NCBI RefSeq assembly: GCF_001194135.2
Contig: NC_068999.1
Coordinates: forward strand, 1,837,495 to 1,899,755
Direction: 5' to 3'
Origin: Octopus bimaculoides
Taxonomy: Eukaryota
DNA: 62,261 nucleotides
Below are positions 11,109 to 24,632 of this stretch, piece after piece. Under the pieces are notes generated by a model. That model searched no databases and was not told where the DNA came from. It worked only from the letters and a program-made list of their open reading frames with translations. The position numbers and the translations under genes were made by a program. Every line of letters begins with the position of its first letter. The stretch's first letter is position 1.

Positions 11109-12898
11109 TTTCCGTTTCTATATCGCACTATATACAAGTGGTGAGGAACTCTCAAAGGAGCTGAACAGCAGAAGGTCTTCAGAGAAGAAATCCCAGCCTT
11201 CTCAGGCAAGTGCTTCAGCCCTTAACTTGTTATACTCTGAGTGGGGCGGGCCGCACCCAGGTCATGACTCCTGGATACCCTTCTGCTGAATACTTTCTAG
11301 TAACTTCGATATTGGACACTTGTATATTCAGACCACTTGGAGACTCCATCTAGTTCCAACGCCTCTCCCGTTGAATGAGCATTCAAACTTTATACTCGAA
11401 GAAATAACGTTGGGTTGTCATGGTAGCGGTGAAACGTCAACGCTATCACAATGACACACACACACTCACGAACATGTACGCACACACATACACGTGATGC
11501 ATTATGTATTTCCTTGTTTCTGTCGGTCGTTAAACAACGCAACGAGTATAAAGAGTAAAAGAGGAAACTGTAATACGAAGGAATTTATTTCAAATGTTCC
11601 ACCATATTCGAGTTAGAACACAGGTTGACGTGGAACATGATGAAGATGGGATGAGGTGGAACATGCTCATGTGACGAGAGAGTTTGATCTAGGACATGTG
11701 TGACGCGAAAACAAGCTTGAAGATAGAAAGATTTTTTTTGTGCAGAACAAATTTGAAGACACAACTCCAAGAATGAAAAGACAAACATATTTGCACGTTT
11801 GTGAAATATATTCTATTAGACTTTCGGTGTAATATATTCCACTGTATATCAAGTTTATTTGCAAGTTTTATGTCAGAACATTATAAACCTGTAGTAATAT
11901 AACGACTTCTGAAGAAAATAAATTTATTGAGAAGTCGCGTTGAAATATGATATTAAGAGAAAACAAAACAAGAATTAAAAGTAAAATAACAACAACAACA
12001 AAAGACATGATCGACACTAATTTGTAAAATGTTTAAATTGGATTTCAAAAGAAAAAAGAAATAATAAACTCGAGGAGAAGAAAAAATGAGAAAACAACTC
12101 GTTAAAGAAAGGTAAATCTTTATACGTTATGTTGAAGATTAGCACGGGTAATATTAACAATGTAAGTTAGTTGATATAACAGAAACAAAGAAGAGAAAAT
12201 TATTATGTAATAATAATAACTAGTTTTCAAAGTAATATTATCTGGAAGAACGTATTACAAAGAACTTATAATAGAATTGTTATTACAGAAACTTCAAAGT
12301 TAATATTTCAATCAATGCCGACACTAACATTTGTTTTTAAGACTACATATAACGTCTCAAGTAATATAGACGATCGGATATACAAGAGACAAACGATATT
12401 AGAAAATGAAAGTTAAGTGTGATGAAAGAGAATAGGGTAGAGGAATTTTGGAAACAGAGAAGGAATATTACGTTGAGGTGGGTGTATAAACGATAGATTT
12501 ATGTATACAAAGAAACGTATGTGGAGGTGTGATGAATGGAGCGGGGCGGGAGTTTGAACGGTTAATTTATTACTTCGGGTAAGGAGTAAACACCAACTCC
12601 GACAGAAAAGGTAAGGCGTATCATTGCATTTGGTGTTTATACTATGTGTGTCGGTAATTTTATATGTGTATGTACATGTATGAATATATATATATATATG
12701 TACACACACACACATTTCAGTGCACGTATGTATGTACATATATAAATGTATGGGAGAGTGTATACTATGTCTTTCTGTAAATAATTTAGAATAATTTAGC
12801 CGTAAAAGATACACAAGTATCACAAAGATCGAGAGTGTCACGTATTACACTTATCAGACACATAACCACACACAAACGCACAAAAATATGTGTGTGTG

Positions 12899-12954
<56 letters not shown>

Positions 12955-12962
12955 TCTACATA

Positions 12963-13152
12963 CAGTAATCCCTCGCCATATCGCGGTTCACCTATCGCGG
13001 TTTGTTATTTAAGCTTACGTCGATTCCTCTGCGGTGTTGTTTTGCAATTATAATGAAATAAATATATACAAATTATAAAAATAACTTTAAAAAATGTACA
13101 GTACTGTTTCTACTTCGCGGATTTTCACCTGGCGATAGTCGAGGGATTACTG
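12963..13152. mobile_element. Tigger/pogo-like MITE (190 bp)
   Basis: Perfect 13-bp terminal inverted repeats CAGTAATCCCTCG, extending imperfectly to TATCGC, flanked by TA dinucleotides at 12961-12962 and 13153-13154. No coding capacity. Confidence 0.9.
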
Positions 13153-13257
13153 TATGTATTTGGATGGATGGATGGATGGATGGATGGATGGATTAAGAGA
13201 GAGAGAGAGAGAGAGAGAAAGAATGAGAAAGAAAGAGAGACAGAGGTAGACAGAGAC

Positions 13258-13332
<75 letters not shown>

Positions 13333-13924
13333 CGGACGAACGAACGGACAGACAGACAGACAGACAGAAAGGCAAACAGTATGTACGTATGTACATTACA
13401 TGCACGCTCATATGCAGTATTCATATGCATGTGCAACTGCGTCGTTTATCTCCTGAAAATGCATGAAATAAAAGTTGGAATTACGATCGCCAAGTTGCAG
13501 AACTTTATTCGAAAAAAACTTGTAACTCTAATTATTTATTTTGAGTTATTTGTTCGAGTGCGTTTATGTTCCTGTATGCATCAACCTCACCCCATCACAC
13601 ACAGACATTCAAGCATAAAGGCACGCGTACACGAGTAAATATTTATATATATGATGTACACTCACACACTCTCTCTCTCTCTCTCTCACACACTCACTCT
13701 CTCTCTCTCTCTCACTCACACACACACACACACAGACACACACACACACACACACGCAGAAGGTTTAAATAAGCGCTTCTTAGTTTGATGCTCAAATAAT
13801 TCATCAGTGGGACGAGCTGGGACAGCGCACTAACAGGTACGTTATACAAGGTAAACAGAGACAGACAGATCGACGGACGGACGGACGGACGGACGGACGG
13901 ACGGACTGATGGATGGCTAGATGG

Positions 13925-13991
<67 letters not shown>

Positions 13992-13994
13992 GAT

Positions 13995-14036
<42 letters not shown>

Positions 14037-14107
14037 CACAAGCAACAGACATGCAAACCCACACACACATAATAAATAAATCAATAAAGAAATGGCTGAC
14101 ATCGACT

Positions 14108-14138
14108 TGACGTCACTTCCTGTAGTTTGTTATATAAG
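14108..14138 (+). promoter_or_regulatory. Candidate Pol II core promoter: CRE plus overlapping ETS site plus TATA box
   Basis: TGACGTCA (14108-14115) overlaps ACTTCCTG (14115-14122), and TATATAAG lies at 14131-14138. Motif clustering only; no transcript evidence. Confidence 0.4.
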
Positions 14139-14448
14139 TAAGAGTTGAGCGTTCGCTGATATTTACCGAGGTACGGGCAGACGCGCTGTCTCCAGTCTAA
14201 TGTATACGTGGGTTTAATACAGCAGCAGCAGTAGCAGCAGTAGTAGTAGTTGTTGTTGCTGTTCTTGGTGTTTCCTTATTTTTTACACATTGGAACACAT
14301 GTGTTAAAAATCAGGTATTATCTGAAGATAAAAAGCAGCCAGCTGTCAGGGAAATCCTCTTGTACGAGAGAGAGGGGGGGACAAGGGGAGAGTGAGTGGA
14401 TGTGCGTGCGTGTGTGTGAGAGAGGGGGACAGGAGGGAGAGTGAGTGG

Positions 14449-14490
<42 letters not shown>

Positions 14491-14852
14491 NNNNNNNNNN
14501 NNNNNNNNNNNNNNNNNNNNNNNNNNNNNNNNNNNNNNNNNNNNNNNNNNNNNNNNNNNNNNNNNNNNNNNNNNNNNNNNNNNNNNNNNNNNNNNNNNNN
14601 NNNNNNNNNNNNNNNNNNNNNNNNNNNNNNNNNNNNNNNNNNNNNNNNNNNNNNNNNNNNNNNNNNNNNNNNNNNNNNNNNNNNNNNNNNNNNNNNNNNN
14701 NNNNNNNNNNNNNNNNNNNNNNNNNNNNNNNNNNNNNNNNNNNNNNNNNNNNNNNNNNNNNNNNNNNNNNNNNNNNNNNNNNNNNNNNNNNNNNNNNNNN
14801 NNNNNNNNNNNNNNNNNNNNNNNNNNNNNNNNNNNNNNNNNNNNNNNNNNNN

Positions 14853-14890
<38 letters not shown>

Positions 14891-15647
14891 TGCATATATA
14901 TATATATATACTTACATATATATACTCGTACACAGTTCGATGTAGATAAATGTATACACCTACATAGATATGTATGTATGGATGGATGTATCGATGCATG
15001 TGTGTATGGTTGGACGGATCGATACAGTAACAGATGCATACGCACATACATGCATATGTATATACATATATGCACGCAGACATATATATATACACACAAA
15101 CATATACGTCGTAGATAAATTCCCGTACGTATGTGAATGTATTTACAACTCTATCCGCAAAACCGCTATCCTCTTGTCTTTCATTTAATTAATGTGTGTG
15201 CGAGCACGCGCACCTGTGTGTATGTGAGTATATGTATGTATGTGCCTATGTATGTATATGTGCGTGCATGTGTGTTATATTTCGTTTAAACCATCACGGT
15301 TCAGACCATGCTGTAGTAACGCCTTGAAGGCTTGATGTTCCGAGTAATTGGTGCGGCATCTGTGCACGGCCACCTGACCACTGTCCAGTGTTTTCTGTTT
15401 GGTCTCTCGGAATACGAGGAATTCTTTGTTGCTGATGCAAAGAATTGGTGGTCTCTGTTGTTCCAGCACTTTTTTTTTCTTTTCTGCTTTCGTTTTGTTT
15501 GTTTATTTATTTATTTCTGCAGCCGTTTGCTCGCGGCTGAATTGGGTTGTTGACAAGCAGAGCTAATGCAATTTGATAGCCTTTAAAATTGTCAGAAACA
15601 CACATACATACATACATACACATCCACACACACTTGCACACATGAAC

Positions 15648-15686
<39 letters not shown>

Positions 15687-16055
15687 TATGTATGGTGCAT
15701 ATAAATGTATATGTGTGTGTGTGTGTGTACTTATGTATAAATGTATATGATAGTCATCTATATACATATGCATCATTTATATGTATATGTGTGTGCCTGG
15801 GTGTGTGTGTGCGTGGGTGTGGGTGTGTGTGGTTCAAAATTATACAAAATGTAGAAAAAGAAAGACAAAGACGAGCGAGGAAACAACGAACAGGAAGTTT
15901 TACTTAGGCGCTCAGGAAAAATAAATGTCATTGACGTTTCGAACCTACGTCCAACTACAGAAAAAAATGAGGAGAGGAATCAGATGGAGAGAGGAAAAAA
16001 GGGATAGAAAATCGTCTCTTGATTAACAGCTGCACACACATACACACCCACACAC

Positions 16056-16128
<73 letters not shown>

Positions 16129-16177
16129 CGTGTGCGTGTAAATGTATACATACATAAAGTTAGAAAATCCCTCTCGT

Positions 16178-16422
16178 ATGGAATACATTCATAAACACCA
16201 ACTCAAGGAATTCTGGTAGAATATACCCATCAAAACTTCTGTCAAATGTAAACATTACAGGCCGGATATTGCTGTTTGGGACAGAGGGGCAAAGGTGTGC
16301 ACCATCACAGAGGTCAGCTGCCCTGCAGATATAAATATCTCTTTGAAAACCAAAGGAAAAGAGGATATCTATGGACAACTGCTTCGAAACCTCCAGCTTC
16401 TTCTATATCCAGACTATGAATT
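16178..16422 (+). mobile_element. Restriction-like endonuclease fragment of an R4/Dong-like non-LTR retrotransposon (pseudogenised)
   Basis: Translation EFW*NIPIKTSVKCKHYRPDIAVWDRGAKVCTITEVSCPADINISLKTKGKEDIYGQLLRNLQ contains the RPD...E...K..Y pattern of REL domains. One in-frame stop; flanked by microsatellites. Confidence 0.8.
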
Positions 16423-16642
16423 ATATATATACATTTGTATATATATATATATATATNNNNNNNNNNNNNNNNNNNNNNNNNNNNNNNNNNNNNNNNNNNN
16501 NNNNNNNNNNNNTACATATACATATCGCTTACATGTCTGTAGATTCACTACGTAACGTGTAGAGGGAAATGTGTACTGTTGGCTGGGGGAGGGGTTGTCT
16601 TCGCGAGATTACATTAAAAAGTGTAGGAGGGCAGTAGCTAAG

Positions 16643-16696
<54 letters not shown>

Positions 16697-16832
16697 GTAA
16701 GTGAAGATTCATTTTTTTCAGCGGTAATTGTGCTGTCGTCCTTCATCCCTAATCTTCTCATTTTACTTCTCTTATTTCTTAACATTTTGTTATGCTTGTA
16801 AATCTTCTAGTTCTTCATTATTATTATTATTA

Positions 16833-16884
<52 letters not shown>

Positions 16885-17468
16885 CATTATTATTCCCTCA
16901 TCCTCCGAACTTTACTCGATGCGTTTTCACTTTCTCCGTCTTTTCTTTCGCTTCTACTAACCTGTGCTCTACTACCAACACAAGTAATTACCACCAACAC
17001 CACTACAACTACTACTACTACTACTATTATTACCGCTTCTGCTGCTGCTGCTGCTGCTGCTGCCACTACTACAAGCAGTGTTATTCTATCAAGTGTGCAT
17101 GTTAATGTTGTTATACTGTATTGCAAGTTCTTCACCGGATTAAAAATAAATCACGTGATCACAAACTCATCGCTTCGAAATATCTCGAACTACAACCTTC
17201 GGCTCAGCTGTCTAAATTTTAACAGATATATCTAAATTCACACCTTTGGTTTATTTGAGTTACTTCCCTTAGCTCGTATAATATTCAGTATGAAGTCACT
17301 TTGCGTTAGTGGTTTTTTTAATCATGTTCTTGACTTGGTGGCGCATTCGAGATTCGATCTGTAGCCTTTGGCTCATCCCTAAATAACTCGGGTGTCTCAA
17401 TTCATTCATTTGGTCCATCTGAGTTGCCCCTCTTTGCTCGTTATATTTTACAAAATTAAGTCGCTTCA

Positions 17469-17665
17469 AGGCGGCAAGTTGACAGAATCGTGAGCACGCC
17501 GGACAAAATGCTAAGTAGCATTTCGTCCGTCTTTACGCTCTGAGTTCAAATTCCACGGAGGTTCCTTTCGGGGTCGATAAAATGGGTGTTAGTTGAATAC
17601 TGAGGCCCATATAACTGACTTACCTGAAATTGCTGGCCTTGCACCAAAAATCTGAAACCAGTATG
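17469..17665 (+). mobile_element. SINE family B copy with internal deletion
   Basis: aaggcggcaagttgacagaatcgtgagcacgccgg head, ctgagttcaaattcc B box, cctttcggggtcgataaaa body, and ccttgcaccaaaaatctgaaacca tail. Confidence 0.85.
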
Positions 17666-17674
17666 AAACCACTT

Positions 17675-17960
17675 CATTTTCTCTCCTCCACCAAATCTAC
17701 GGTATCGGACTCGCAGAAACTTGTAGAGGAGACATCAATGATATCAGGCCGAAAGTGTTTGGCCTCCTCTGCTAGTTCCTGCCCTTCACCCGCAACGTTT
17801 GGAACATTCCAAATCCTAGTCAATAACGGTTTTTCATTCTTGGACCGGCTTCAGGGTTCCGGAAGATGCAACCTTCATGTTTTCACTCCTACGTGTCCGT
17901 GAAAAAGCTGCGGGTTGCAATCTACTTATCAGACCCTTCTACTTAAAGTCCGAATTTCCA
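17675..17960 (-). mobile_element. 5' end of an RTE-like LINE (5' UTR plus N-terminus of the AP endonuclease), decayed
   Basis: Minus frame LTRIWNVPNVAGEGQELAEEAKHFRPDIIDVSSTSFCESDTVDL matches the WNV..L.G...EL......LDI..VS.T pattern of retrotransposon APE domains. Confidence 0.7.
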
Positions 17961-18090
17961 CACACATATACACACAGCCTTTTAAAGATACACTGATACA
18001 TACAGAAAGAGAATATAAAAGGAAGAGCTAGAGAGAGAACCATAAAGATATGTACCCAGTGTGAATATAATGTGTATATAAATGTGTGAT

Positions 18091-18165
<75 letters not shown>

Positions 18166-18921
18166 NNNNNNNNNNNNNNNNNNNNNNNNNNNNNNNNNNN
18201 NNNNNNNNNNNNNNNNNNNNNNNNNNNNNNNNNNNNNNNNNNNNNNNNNNNNNNNNNNNNNNNNNNNNNNNNNNNNNNNNNNNNNNNNNNNNNNNNNNNN
18301 NNNNNNNNNNNNNNNNNNNNNNNNNNNNNNNNNNNNNNNNNNNNNNNNNNNNNNNNNNNNNNNNNNNNNNNNNNNNNNNNNNNNNNNNNNNNNNNNNNNN
18401 NNNNNNNNNNNNNNNNNNNNNNNNNNNNNNNNNNNNNNNNGGGGGGGGGGGGAGACAGTGACATAAATATTTATGCGAGTGTTAGTATGTGTGTATGATG
18501 GAGAGATACAGTGTCTTCACAGACGAAACCTAGCAGGATACCTGCTGTCCAATGCCATACGTTACAATACACATTAAATTCAACAAAACCTGAGTGGCTA
18601 ACAGCAAAGTGGAGAAGATTCCGTTTGTTATGATATTGGTGTTTTGTTTTGTGAGGTGAGAATATTCGGTTGTCTGCGTCAACTAACCAAACACACAACA
18701 CCACACGGCATCATACACGGTGTATACATGTGCGTGCGTGCGTGCGTGCGTGCGTGTGTGTGTGTGTATGTATGTGTATGTGTGTGTTCCTTCTTCGAAG
18801 GAAAAATTTAAATAATCAAAGACGGAAGGGAACACACATACATAAATACATACATAAACACATGCATACATACATACATAGATACATACATACAGACATA
18901 CATACACACAGACAGACAGAC

Positions 18922-18989
<68 letters not shown>

Positions 18990-19025
18990 GNNNNNNNNNN
19001 AGATGGATAGATGGATAGATAGATG

Positions 19026-19062
<37 letters not shown>

Positions 19063-19473
19063 GTAGATAGATAGATAGACAGACAGACCCTGCAAAGATA
19101 GAACGTATATAAAGCTAGAGGAATTTAGATTTAAGTATGTATAAATTTAATAAACACCGCGCAGGTCTCTGATCGTGTTGTAAGCGGAAATGAAGCGGTC
19201 GCCATGTTCAGCGCTATTATGAGACTGCGCGTTCTCATTTTAGTCTTTCTTTTATCCTTCTTTTGTTATCTTTGTTGTTGTTGTTGTTGCAGTCGTTGAT
19301 GAATTTGTGTTGATGTTATTTTTGATGTTAGGTTAATGTTGTTGTCGTTTTTTATGCTGTTGTTGGTGTTGTTGATGATGATGATGATGATGTAAACGCT
19401 GGCATGAATGACTAAGTTCTTAAAAAGATCGATTTGCAACCATGTGACCCGTGATTCTATTCTGCCTCAAATG

Positions 19474-19635
19474 AAGGAGTAGCTGTGTGGTATGAAGTTT
19501 GCTTCCCAACCACATGCTTGTGGGTTCAGTGCCATTGCGTGGCACCTTGGTCCACTATCTTGTATAACCTCGGGCCAATCAAAGCCTTGTGAGTGAGCTT
19601 GGCAGACGGAAACTGAAAGAAGCTCACTGCATATG
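19474..19635 (+). mobile_element. SINE family A copy (5' part)
   Basis: ggagtagctgtgtggta A-box region, gggttcagtgcc B-box region, and ccaatcaaagccttgtgagtgagcttggcagacggaaactgaaagaagc body shared with other copies. Confidence 0.85.
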
Positions 19636-20289
19636 TATATACATACATACATAGATATAGATAGATAGATAGATAGATAGACAGACAAACAGGAAGACAG
19701 ACAGACTGACAAACAGACAGGCAAACAGACAGGCAAACAGACAGACAGGCAGGCAGACAGACATACTTTTTCATGGAAGGGATTGCCGCAACCCTCAGTG
19801 CGTCACTGGTACTTTATGTTATCGACCCAGAAGGGATGAAACGCAAAGTTAATTATGATATATATACATATATGTATGTATGTTTGTATGTATGCATATA
19901 TATGACTGTATATATCAATGTATATATATATATACATCCATATATATATATACATACATAAAATTGTATGTGTACAAAGAAGAATATGAGAGATACACAC
20001 GTGATTATATATATCATATAATATACACATATGTTATATATATATATATTTACACATAAGTATGTGCATATATATATAAATATATATATATATGCATGCA
20101 GAAACACATACATATATGTCCGTGTGAGCGTGTGCGTGTCATCAATGTGGTGTTTAATACAACAATGTCTAAAATAAAAAACTGATCCATATATATATAA
20201 TCGCAAATATACATATATATTTACACTCACACATCCACACTTAAACACACACACACATATACAGAAAAATACAAACAGGATGGAGATAT

Positions 20290-20345
<56 letters not shown>

Positions 20346-20437
20346 GTTCACTATCGTAAAGGTAAGGCAGAAAAAGTGTTTAACGACTGGAAAGCGTAAA
20401 CAGGAAACGCCATTTTGTTTCTGCATATGGTGTGTAT

Positions 20438-20477
<40 letters not shown>

Positions 20478-21589
20478 TTTTGATGGTTTGGTAAGTGTAT
20501 AACTGTGCTGTGTATAAAAGCAAACATGCGCGCGCGCGCGCAAACGCACATATAAAAGCACACACACACACATACTGATGAGCAGATTGGTATCTGAAAA
20601 ACGTATGTTTGTAAACGCCATCAGAACCCGGTTAGTCTTCCTTTAAACAATCTCATGCAAAAATCACGAAAATATAAACATCCATTAACGAGCCAACCTT
20701 CAAACAAACATACTGCCACGCTCGATCCCGTACCTCACTTCATTATATCTATGACCATCACACATTAACAGTNNNNNNNNNNNNNNNNNNNNNNNNNNNN
20801 NNNNNNNNNNNNNNNNNNNNNNNNNNNNNNNNNNNNNNNNNNNNNNNNNNNNNNNNNNNNNNNNNNNNNNNNNNNNNNNNNNNNNNNNNNNNNNNNNNNN
20901 NNNNNNNNNNNNNNNNNNNNNNNNNNNNNNNNNNNNNNNNNNNNNNNNNNNNNNNNNNNNNNNNTATGCATACATGCATACATATATATTACATATTTGT
21001 ATGTGTTAAATATATCCTTACTATATCAGATATATGAATATATGTGAACGTACGTATACACACGCGCGCACACACGCACACACACACACACACAAGCACA
21101 TATACAAACACACAAACCCAGCAACACACTCACGCATATAGGATTAAGCTCAGATGTAAGTGGGTGGGTGGCGGCTGATACATTCCCACGGGGTCTACAT
21201 CTGAAATATTCACGTTTCTCAAGGGGACTCCATAAGACATTAAAATAATGCTGAGAGCAGAAAAGGCATTCGTCTGCCTCGGCAGTAAGCAGAAGTAAAA
21301 TCACCGTGGTCCATAACACATCATACAATATATGTCACAGAACAGACATATTCTGGAACCTGATGGAATTCTGTCACAATTCCCCCGTTTTATGTAGGAA
21401 CTGGTAAAGTAAAGCCACTGTAGGGGCTGCAAGTTCGTCTTGAGTGGATTTCTGGGCAAGAGATCGCACGGACCATGTACACATAGTTTGGTACGTACAC
21501 ACACACACACACACACACACATACACACGGAGCATGTCCGCAGTCTCAAACAATCGAGCAAAATGTATAATTTCTTTCGGATGTTTACG

Positions 21590-21730
21590 TTCGAATTTGA
21601 ATGAGTTTAACTTTGCTTTTCATTCATTTGAGGGCAATAAAATAAAATACCAGTCAAGTACTTTGGTCGATGTCATCGACTAAACCCCATCCAAAAACAT
21701 TGCTGGCTTTGTGCCTAAATCAGAAACCAG
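21590..21730 (+). mobile_element. Decayed SINE family B copy
   Basis: gttcgaattt...actttgcttttcattc...aaaataccag...ggtcgatgtcatcgact...ggctttgtgcctaaatcagaaacc. Confidence 0.7.
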
Positions 21731-23389
21731 TAGTTGTAATTATAGATTTAGTCATCGTCATAATTATTATTATTTTGTTTTTAGGGGAATGATTCGAACT
21801 TAACACGTTTCATTAAATCAAAATTAGTTTTTCTTTGAAATATTTTGGGAAAATTGGGTAGAGACACTTGTTTTTAGTGAGTTTAGGGCAATCTGTGCTT
21901 TTGTGTGCAGGTTCTCGAAGCATTCTCCGTAGTTATCCTCCATTTTTGTATTAAACCCTCTTTCTCTTGCTCTTTCTCTCCCTCCCTCCTACACTCTCTC
22001 TGTATCTCTCTTCGCCTCCCTTGCTACCTCCCCCTTACCCTTATTCCTCACTGATCCTTCTTCTTCCTTTATATTCCCTGCTTGTCTCTCCCTCTTATAC
22101 TCTTCTCCCTGTACTCCTCTTTCCCTGTGTCTGTCTGTCTCTCTCTCTTCCATCCACTTTCTCTCCTTCTCTATGTATGTCTTCCTCTCTCTTATCTCTC
22201 TCTCTCTCTCTCCTTTTCTCTCTCCTCATTACTCTTCCTCCACCTCTCTTCCACTCCCCCACGCCTCCCTTTCCTCCGCTCCCTTCTCCTTCCTTCCCGC
22301 CCTTTTCTCCCCCCCTTCTCTCTCCATACCTATCTACAACATGTCCCCAACTTTTAAACAACCAGTTAACGTTCAAATGACATCGTTTTTAATTTCGCAT
22401 CGCATTATTTTATTTATTCGTTTGTTTTTCCAGATTCCTCTTCAGCCAAAGTGTTTTGTATGAGAATGGTCGTCTCTGCGGATATGTACGAGTGTGCGTG
22501 CGCATGCATATATCGTTACATGTATGTCGCTACATGTACGGGTGTGTGTCTGTGTGTGTGTGTCTGTGTGTGTGTCTGTGTGTGTGTGTCTGTGTGTGTG
22601 TCTGTGTGTGTGTCTGTGTGTGTGTCTGTGTGTGTGTGTTTTCAAAGGCGCCTTTCAAAGAGATTATTAGTCATAGAAAAATGAAGGAGACTTTTTTTTC
22701 TTTCTTTCTTTCTTTCTCNNNNNNNNNNNNNNNNNNNNNNNNNNNNNNNNNNNNNNNNNNNNNNNNNNNNNNNNNNNNNNNNNNNNNNNNNNNNNNNNNN
22801 NNNNNNNNNNNNNNNNNNNNNNNNNNNNNNNNNNNNNNNNNNNNNNNNNNNNNNNNNNNNNNNNNNNNNNNNNNNNNNNNNNNNNNNNNNNNNNNNNNNN
22901 NNNNNNNNNNNNNNNNNNNNNNNNNNNNNNNNNNNNGAAAGCTTTTAAAAGCTAAAGTCCCATGGCCTGATTGGTGGCTGATTTATGGCTTGGCTTCTTG
23001 GCTCTTTCATCGATCTTTCGCTCTCTCACTTTCTCTCTTTCTCTCTCTCTTTCTCTTTTTTCTCTCCTTCTCTCCCTCCCTCTCTTCTATGTCTTTCCTG
23101 ATCCAGTCCTGATTCATCTCTGATGATGGTCACATGTAATGGCGGAGACATGAAAGAGGCATCGTCGACATAAGTGATTCGTTGATAATATATAGAGAGA
23201 GGAGGAGGAGGAATCTGAAGAGAGAAAGAGAAAAGGAGAGAGAGTGTATAGAGGGAGAGATAGAGACAGGAGAAGAGTGGAGGAGGAGGATAATATGAGT
23301 GAAAGAAAGAGAGAGAAGAAAGATAGAATGAAGAGAAGAGTTGAAGAGAGACAGAGAGGAATAGGGAAAAAGCGCCAGAAGCAGAGAGC

Positions 23390-23436
<47 letters not shown>

Positions 23437-23999
23437 AAGAGAAGGGGAGGGAGAAAGAGAGGGAGAAATATAAAAAGGAATGAGAGAGGGTTCGAGCGAT
23501 AGAGATCGAGATAAGGAGATGAAGGGAAATGCGATGAGTGATAGAGAGATGCAGAGGGGAAAGAAGTTGAACAAAGAGAGAGAGAGAGAGAGAAGGGGAG
23601 AAGGAGAAGTAAAAAGAAATAAGGGAAAGAGAAGGAGAAAGCAAAAGAAACGGATATAAAGAGAGAAAGAATGGGAAAGAGAGAGAGAGAGTAAAATGAG
23701 AGGTGAAAATTTAGGGAGAGAGAGAGAGAGAGAGAGAGATGCGAGGTAAAGAGAAAGACAGAGAAATTGAAAATAGAGAGAGATGGGGGGGAGAGAAGGG
23801 CATGGGTTTATTTTGTGCTAGAGATAAAGGTGTAGGTGGCGCTACGAACAGTAGAAAGTGCAAAGGCAGAAAGTACGAAGATTAGAAATACATTTCTGTA
23901 TAGGCGCCATTTTATAAGCTGCGTATGGTCCTTATCAGTGCCGGCGTTGGGGACGGGGGGGGGACTATTGGAAGGGGCCGGTTGAAGTACTAGTTTCAA

Positions 24000-24180
24000 T
24001 CATTTCACTGCGGCCATGCTGGGGCAGCGCCTTTAAGGGTTTTAATCGAGGAAATTAATCCGAGGACTTATTTTATTGGTCTCTTCTACCGAACTACTAA
24101 GTTGCAAGAACGTAAATACACCAACGCCGGTTGTCAAGTGGTGATGGTGGGGGACAAACACAGGCACAAAGACACACACA
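24000..24180 (-). mobile_element. SINE family A copy (3' part)
   Basis: Reverse complement of tgtgtttgtcccccaccatcacttgacaaccgg...ggcgctgccccagcatggccgcagtgaaatg, as at 44745-44890 and 51100-51260. Confidence 0.85.
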
Positions 24181-24204
24181 CATACATAGATATATATATA
24201 TATA

Positions 24205-24275
24205 TTAAGACGGACGAAATGCCACTCAGCATTTTGTCCGGCTTGCTAAGGAATTCTGGCAGCTAGCTGCCTTAA
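24205..24275 (-). mobile_element. SINE family B head fragment
   Basis: Reverse complement reads aaggcagctagctgccagaattccttagcaagccggacaaaatgctgagtggcatttcgtccgtctt. Confidence 0.7.
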
Positions 24276-24597
24276 CTACAAGTGATGATAGCAAAGCAAT
24301 CGCCATGACCATCATCATCATCTACATCAGCATCACCAACGCCGTCGCCGCTACGCCCGTCCAGAGGTTCTCACCACCACCCCACCACCGCCATCGCTTC
24401 CACCTACCATAATGCTTCTACACTGTGGCTCCGTCCACCACCATTACCATCATCATCAGCATCAACACCACCACATATTGTACAACAGACGCTACCCACC
24501 ACCACCACCATCACAACTACCATCATCACCCCCACCACCACCATCTTCACCACTATCACTACCACCACCATTACCCCTATAGTATCCTCTTCTCTAC

Positions 24598-24632
<35 letters not shown>

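Noticed and set aside
19205-19340. gccATG with a hydrophobic 43-codon frame (MFSAIMRLRVLILVFLY...)
   Set aside because: The hydrophobicity comes from the T-rich and (GTT)n low-complexity tract.
20576-20612. CTGATGA followed by the hairpin CAGAT-tggt-ATCTG and AAAAAC
   Set aside because: Stem II is out of register with a GAAA box and there is no stem III, so it is not a hammerhead.
23808-23999. Minus-strand ORF with a hydrophobic stretch (VFLIFVLSAFALSTV) and an AAAATGGCG motif
   Set aside because: It starts at TTG with no in-frame ATG, and the ATG frame closes after 22 codons.
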